Shown piece after piece: positions 61,174-64,000 of a stretch of 64,000 nucleotides of DNA. The DNA lies in the NCBI RefSeq assembly GCF_036000465.1, contig NZ_DASYFV010000070.1, positions 614 to 64,613 of the forward strand, in the 5' to 3' direction. Source of the DNA: Jatrophihabitans sp. (GTDB lineage Bacteria; Actinomycetota; Actinomycetes; Mycobacteriales; Jatrophihabitantaceae). The notes under the pieces were generated by a model, which ran no database searches, had not been told where the DNA came from, and saw only the letters and a program-made list of their open reading frames with translations. Position numbers and translations under genes: made by a program. Position 1 is the stretch's first letter; every line of letters begins with the position of its first letter.

Positions 61174-61644
61174 ATGTCCTCTCCGCAGCCGTCCCCGCTC
61201 GCCCGCCTCGCCGAACTGGGCCTCACGCTGCCCACCGTCGTGCCGCCGCTCGCCTCCTACGTCCCCGCTCAGCGGTCGGGGTCGTTCGTCTTCACCGCGG
61301 GCCAGCTGCCGATGGTCGAGGGCAAGCTCCCGGCGACGGGCAAGGTCGGCGCCGAGATCGACGCGGACGCCGCGAACACCCTCGCCCGCACCGCCGCGCT
61401 CAACGGCCTGGCCGCCGTCGACGCGCTCGTCGGGCTCGACTCGGTCGTCCGCGTGGTGAAGGTCGTCGGGTACGTCGCCTGCGCGCCCGACTTCACCGGC
61501 CACCCGGCCGTGATCAACGGGGCGAGCGACCTGCTGGGCGAGGTGTTCGGTGCGGCCGGCCAGCACGCCCGTTCGGCCGTGGGGGTGGCCTCGCTGCCGC
61601 TCGACTCGCCGGTCGAGGTCGAGCTGATCGTCGAGGTCCGCTGA
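61174..61644 (+). CDS. RidA/YjgF family protein
   Basis: YVPA, TAGQLP, NGASDL, HARSAVG, VEVE. Confidence 0.93.
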   Translation: MSSPQPSPLARLAELGLTLPTVVPPLASYVPAQRSGSFVFTAGQLPMVEGKLPATGKVGAEIDADAANTLARTAALNGLAAVDALVGLDSVVRVVKVVGYVACAPDFTGHPAVINGASDLLGEVFGAAGQHARSAVGVASLPLDSPVEVELIVEVR

Positions 61645-62441
61645 TGACCGAGGCCGACGCCGCGGCCCGGCGCGAGGCGCGGGCCGACGTGCCGGTGCGC
61701 GACGCCGCCACGGTCGTGCTGGTCCGCGACGGCGCCACCGGCATCGAGGCCTGGATGCTCACCCGGGTGACGCAGATGGCGTTCGCCGCCGGCATGTCGG
61801 TGTTCCCGGGCGGGCGCGTCGACGACGAGGACGCCGCGCTCCCGGTCGTCGGGGCCGACCTGCCGAGCCTGGCCGCGCGCTTCGACTGCACCGAGGACCT
61901 GGCGCGCGCCCTCATCGGCGCCGCGGTGCGCGAGACGTTCGAGGAGACGGGCGTGCTGCTGACCGCGCCGTTCGCCGATCTCGCCGAGGCGCGCGAGGAC
62001 GTCGAGGCCGGCCGGGTGCCGTTCGGTGACCTGCTGCGCTCGCACGAGCTCGCCGCGGACGCGTCGGTGCTGCACCCGTGGTCGCGCTGGGTCACGCCGA
62101 AGGGGGAGAAGCGACGCTACGACGCGCGGTTCTTCCTCGCCGAGCTGCCGGCCGGGGCCGAGGCGTGCGATGTCACCAGCGAGTCGAGCACGGCGTCGTG
62201 GCTGCCGATCGGCGCGGCGATGGAGGAGGCGCAGCGGGGCGAGCGGCAGCTGCTGCCCCCGACCATGGCGACGCTGTCGTCGCTGCAGGCGTTCGGCACG
62301 GTGGCCGAGGCGGTGGCGTCGGCCCCGGCGCGCTCGCTCGCGCCGATCCGGCCGATGGTGAAGGTGGCCGACGACGGGACGGTGAGCATCGAACTTCCCG
62401 ACGGCACGATCGTCCCCATACCCCAAAGCATGTTCAAGTGA
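61644..62441 (+). CDS. NUDIX hydrolase
   Basis: RDAATVVL, FPGG, AVRETFEETG, WVTP, RRYDARFF. Confidence 0.92.
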   Translation: MTEADAAARREARADVPVRDAATVVLVRDGATGIEAWMLTRVTQMAFAAGMSVFPGGRVDDEDAALPVVGADLPSLAARFDCTEDLARALIGAAVRETFEETGVLLTAPFADLAEAREDVEAGRVPFGDLLRSHELAADASVLHPWSRWVTPKGEKRRYDARFFLAELPAGAEACDVTSESSTASWLPIGAAMEEAQRGERQLLPPTMATLSSLQAFGTVAEAVASAPARSLAPIRPMVKVADDGTVSIELPDGTIVPIPQSMFK

Positions 62442-63232
62442 CGCATCCGGCGTACGAGACGCTGCGGCGGGTCTCGCCGATCGCGTCGGTGCTGCTGCAG
62501 GACAACGCCGGACCGATGACCCTCGACGGCACGAACACCTGGCTGCTCCGGGCGCCGGACTCGTCGTCGGTGGTCGTGGTCGATCCCGGCCAGACCGACG
62601 ACGCCCACCTGGACAACCTGCTCGCCGTCGCGCCGGAGATCTCGCTGGTGCTGCTGACGCACGGGCACCACGACCACAGCGAGTCGGCCGCGGCGCTCCA
62701 CGAGCGCGCCGGCGTGGCCGTGCGGGCGATCGACCCGGCGCACTGTCACGGGGCCGGCGCCCTCGAGCACGGACAGACGTTCGAGGTCTCCGGGGTGCGG
62801 GTGTCGGTGCTGGCCACGCCCGGGCACACCGCCGACTCCGCGTCCTTCGTGCTCGACGGCGTCCCCGACGTCGGCGCCGCCGTGCTGACGGGTGACACGA
62901 TCCTCGGCCGCGGCACGACCGTCGTCGCGCACCCCGACGGGCAGCTCGGCGCCTACCTCGAGTCGCTGCAGCTGCTGCGCGGGCTCGGTGCCATTACCGT
63001 GCTGCCCGGCCACGGCCCGGAACTGCCCGCCGCCGAGCAGGTCGCCGGCTTCTACCTGGCCCACCGCCAGGAACGCCTGAACCAGGTGCGGACCGCGCTC
63101 GCATCACTGGGCCCGACCGCGACCGCCCGCCAGATCGTCGAAGTCGTCTACGCCGACGTCGACGAATCCGTCTGGTGGGCCGCCGACCTGTCAGTGGAAG
63201 CCCAGTTGAAATACCTGCGCGACGGCGTTTGA
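62438..63232 (+). CDS. MBL-fold metallo-hydrolase
   Basis: GTNTW, THGHHDH, TPGHT, TGD, PGHG. Confidence 0.92.
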   Translation: MTHPAYETLRRVSPIASVLLQDNAGPMTLDGTNTWLLRAPDSSSVVVVDPGQTDDAHLDNLLAVAPEISLVLLTHGHHDHSESAAALHERAGVAVRAIDPAHCHGAGALEHGQTFEVSGVRVSVLATPGHTADSASFVLDGVPDVGAAVLTGDTILGRGTTVVAHPDGQLGAYLESLQLLRGLGAITVLPGHGPELPAAEQVAGFYLAHRQERLNQVRTALASLGPTATARQIVEVVYADVDESVWWAADLSVEAQLKYLRDGV

Positions 63233-63296
63233 TCCCGTCTTCCCTGCGGGTGACCGCTTCGACATCCGAGACCGGTCCGCCGCGAGGAAGATCCGA

Positions 63297-63971
63297 TCAT
63301 CTCGCCCGGCGGGCGAGCCGCTCGCGGTCGAGGATCACCACGCTCTTGCCTTCCAGGCGCAGCCAGCCGCGGGAGGCGAAGTCGGCGAGGGCCTTGTTGA
63401 CCGTCTCGCGGGAGGCGCCGACGAGCTGGGCGAGCTCCTCCTGGGTGAGGTCGTGGGTGACCCGCAGCTGACCGCCGTCGATCGAGCCGAAGCGCTGGGC
63501 CAGCTGCAGCAGCTGCTTGGCCACGCGGCCGGGGACGTCGACGAAGATGAGGTCGGCCAGCATCGTGTTGGTGCGGCGCAGCCGGCGGGCCACGACGCGC
63601 AGCAGCTGCAGCGCGATCTGCGGCCGCTCGGTGGCCCACTTCTGCAGCGCCGCCTTCGGCAGCTTGGCCAGGCGGGCGTCGGTGACGACCGTGGCCGTGG
63701 CGGTGCGCGGGCCCGGGTCGAACAGCGACAGCTCGCCGAACTGGTCCGACGGCCCGTAGATCGCCACCAGGTTCTCCCGGCCGTCGGGCGAGCGCCGCCC
63801 GAGCTTCACCTTGCCGGCCAGCACGATGTAGAGGCTGTCGCCGGGCTCGCCCTCGTTGAAGAGGACAGCGCCGCGCGGCGCCTCGAAGATCTCGAACTCG
63901 CCCGACAGCGCCTCGACGTCGTCAGGGTCGACGCCCTGGAACAGCCCGGCCCGGCGCAGAATTTCGTCCAC
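63297..63971 (-). CDS. crp: Crp/Fnr family regulator (Rv3676/GlxR-type)
   Basis: [42 protein letters not shown]; GAGGAG RBS. Confidence 0.97.
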   Translation of the reverse strand: MDEILRRAGLFQGVDPDDVEALSGEFEIFEAPRGAVLFNEGEPGDSLYIVLAGKVKLGRRSPDGRENLVAIYGPSDQFGELSLFDPGPRTATATVVTDARLAKLPKAALQKWATERPQIALQLLRVVARRLRRTNTMLADLIFVDVPGRVAKQLLQLAQRFGSIDGGQLRVTHDLTQEELAQLVGASRETVNKALADFASRGWLRLEGKSVVILDRERLARRAR

Positions 63972-64000
63972 GTGTGCTCCTCGATCGCCCGCGAATGCGA

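Overview
High-GC actinobacterial chromosome window. The core gene order resembles the M. tuberculosis dnaZX-to-crp region: tRNA-Ser, SRP RNA, dnaX, amidase, ybaB, recR, leuA, ask, asd, then tRNA-Pro, phosphoesterase, yqeY, ponA2, arsA x2, ridA, NUDIX, MBL hydrolase, crp. I saw no integrase, transposase, phage gene, rRNA or CRISPR array. There are three accessory blocks. (1) At 1.2-5.7 kb, a signalling cluster (receiver-PP2C phosphatase, CHASE3-type kinase, response regulator, MEDS anti-sigma kinase) with SigB/SigF-like promoters. (2) Scattered nucleotide-sugar and polyamine/GABA genes (two gmd, patD, a biotin carrier, gabT, uxs). (3) A ~29 kb insert between asd and tRNA-Pro, mostly a Wzx/Wzy/Wzc polysaccharide locus. 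That locus is the best candidate for an undescribed system: it embeds an AMP-ligase/FabG/ACP/acyltransferase module, four methyltransferases, a plant-type GDP-mannose 3,5-epimerase, a GT61 and a peptide deformylase. Notable non-coding signals are a leuA leader peptide, an exact PafBC-type promoter at dnaX, a duplicated start making a coupled minicistron before ask, a 3x16-bp repeat before ybaB, an 18-bp perfect palindrome before a second-type glmS operon, and many leaderless promoters. whiB4/wblA is missing from its usual slot. All family calls come from motifs recognised by eye; no database searches were run.
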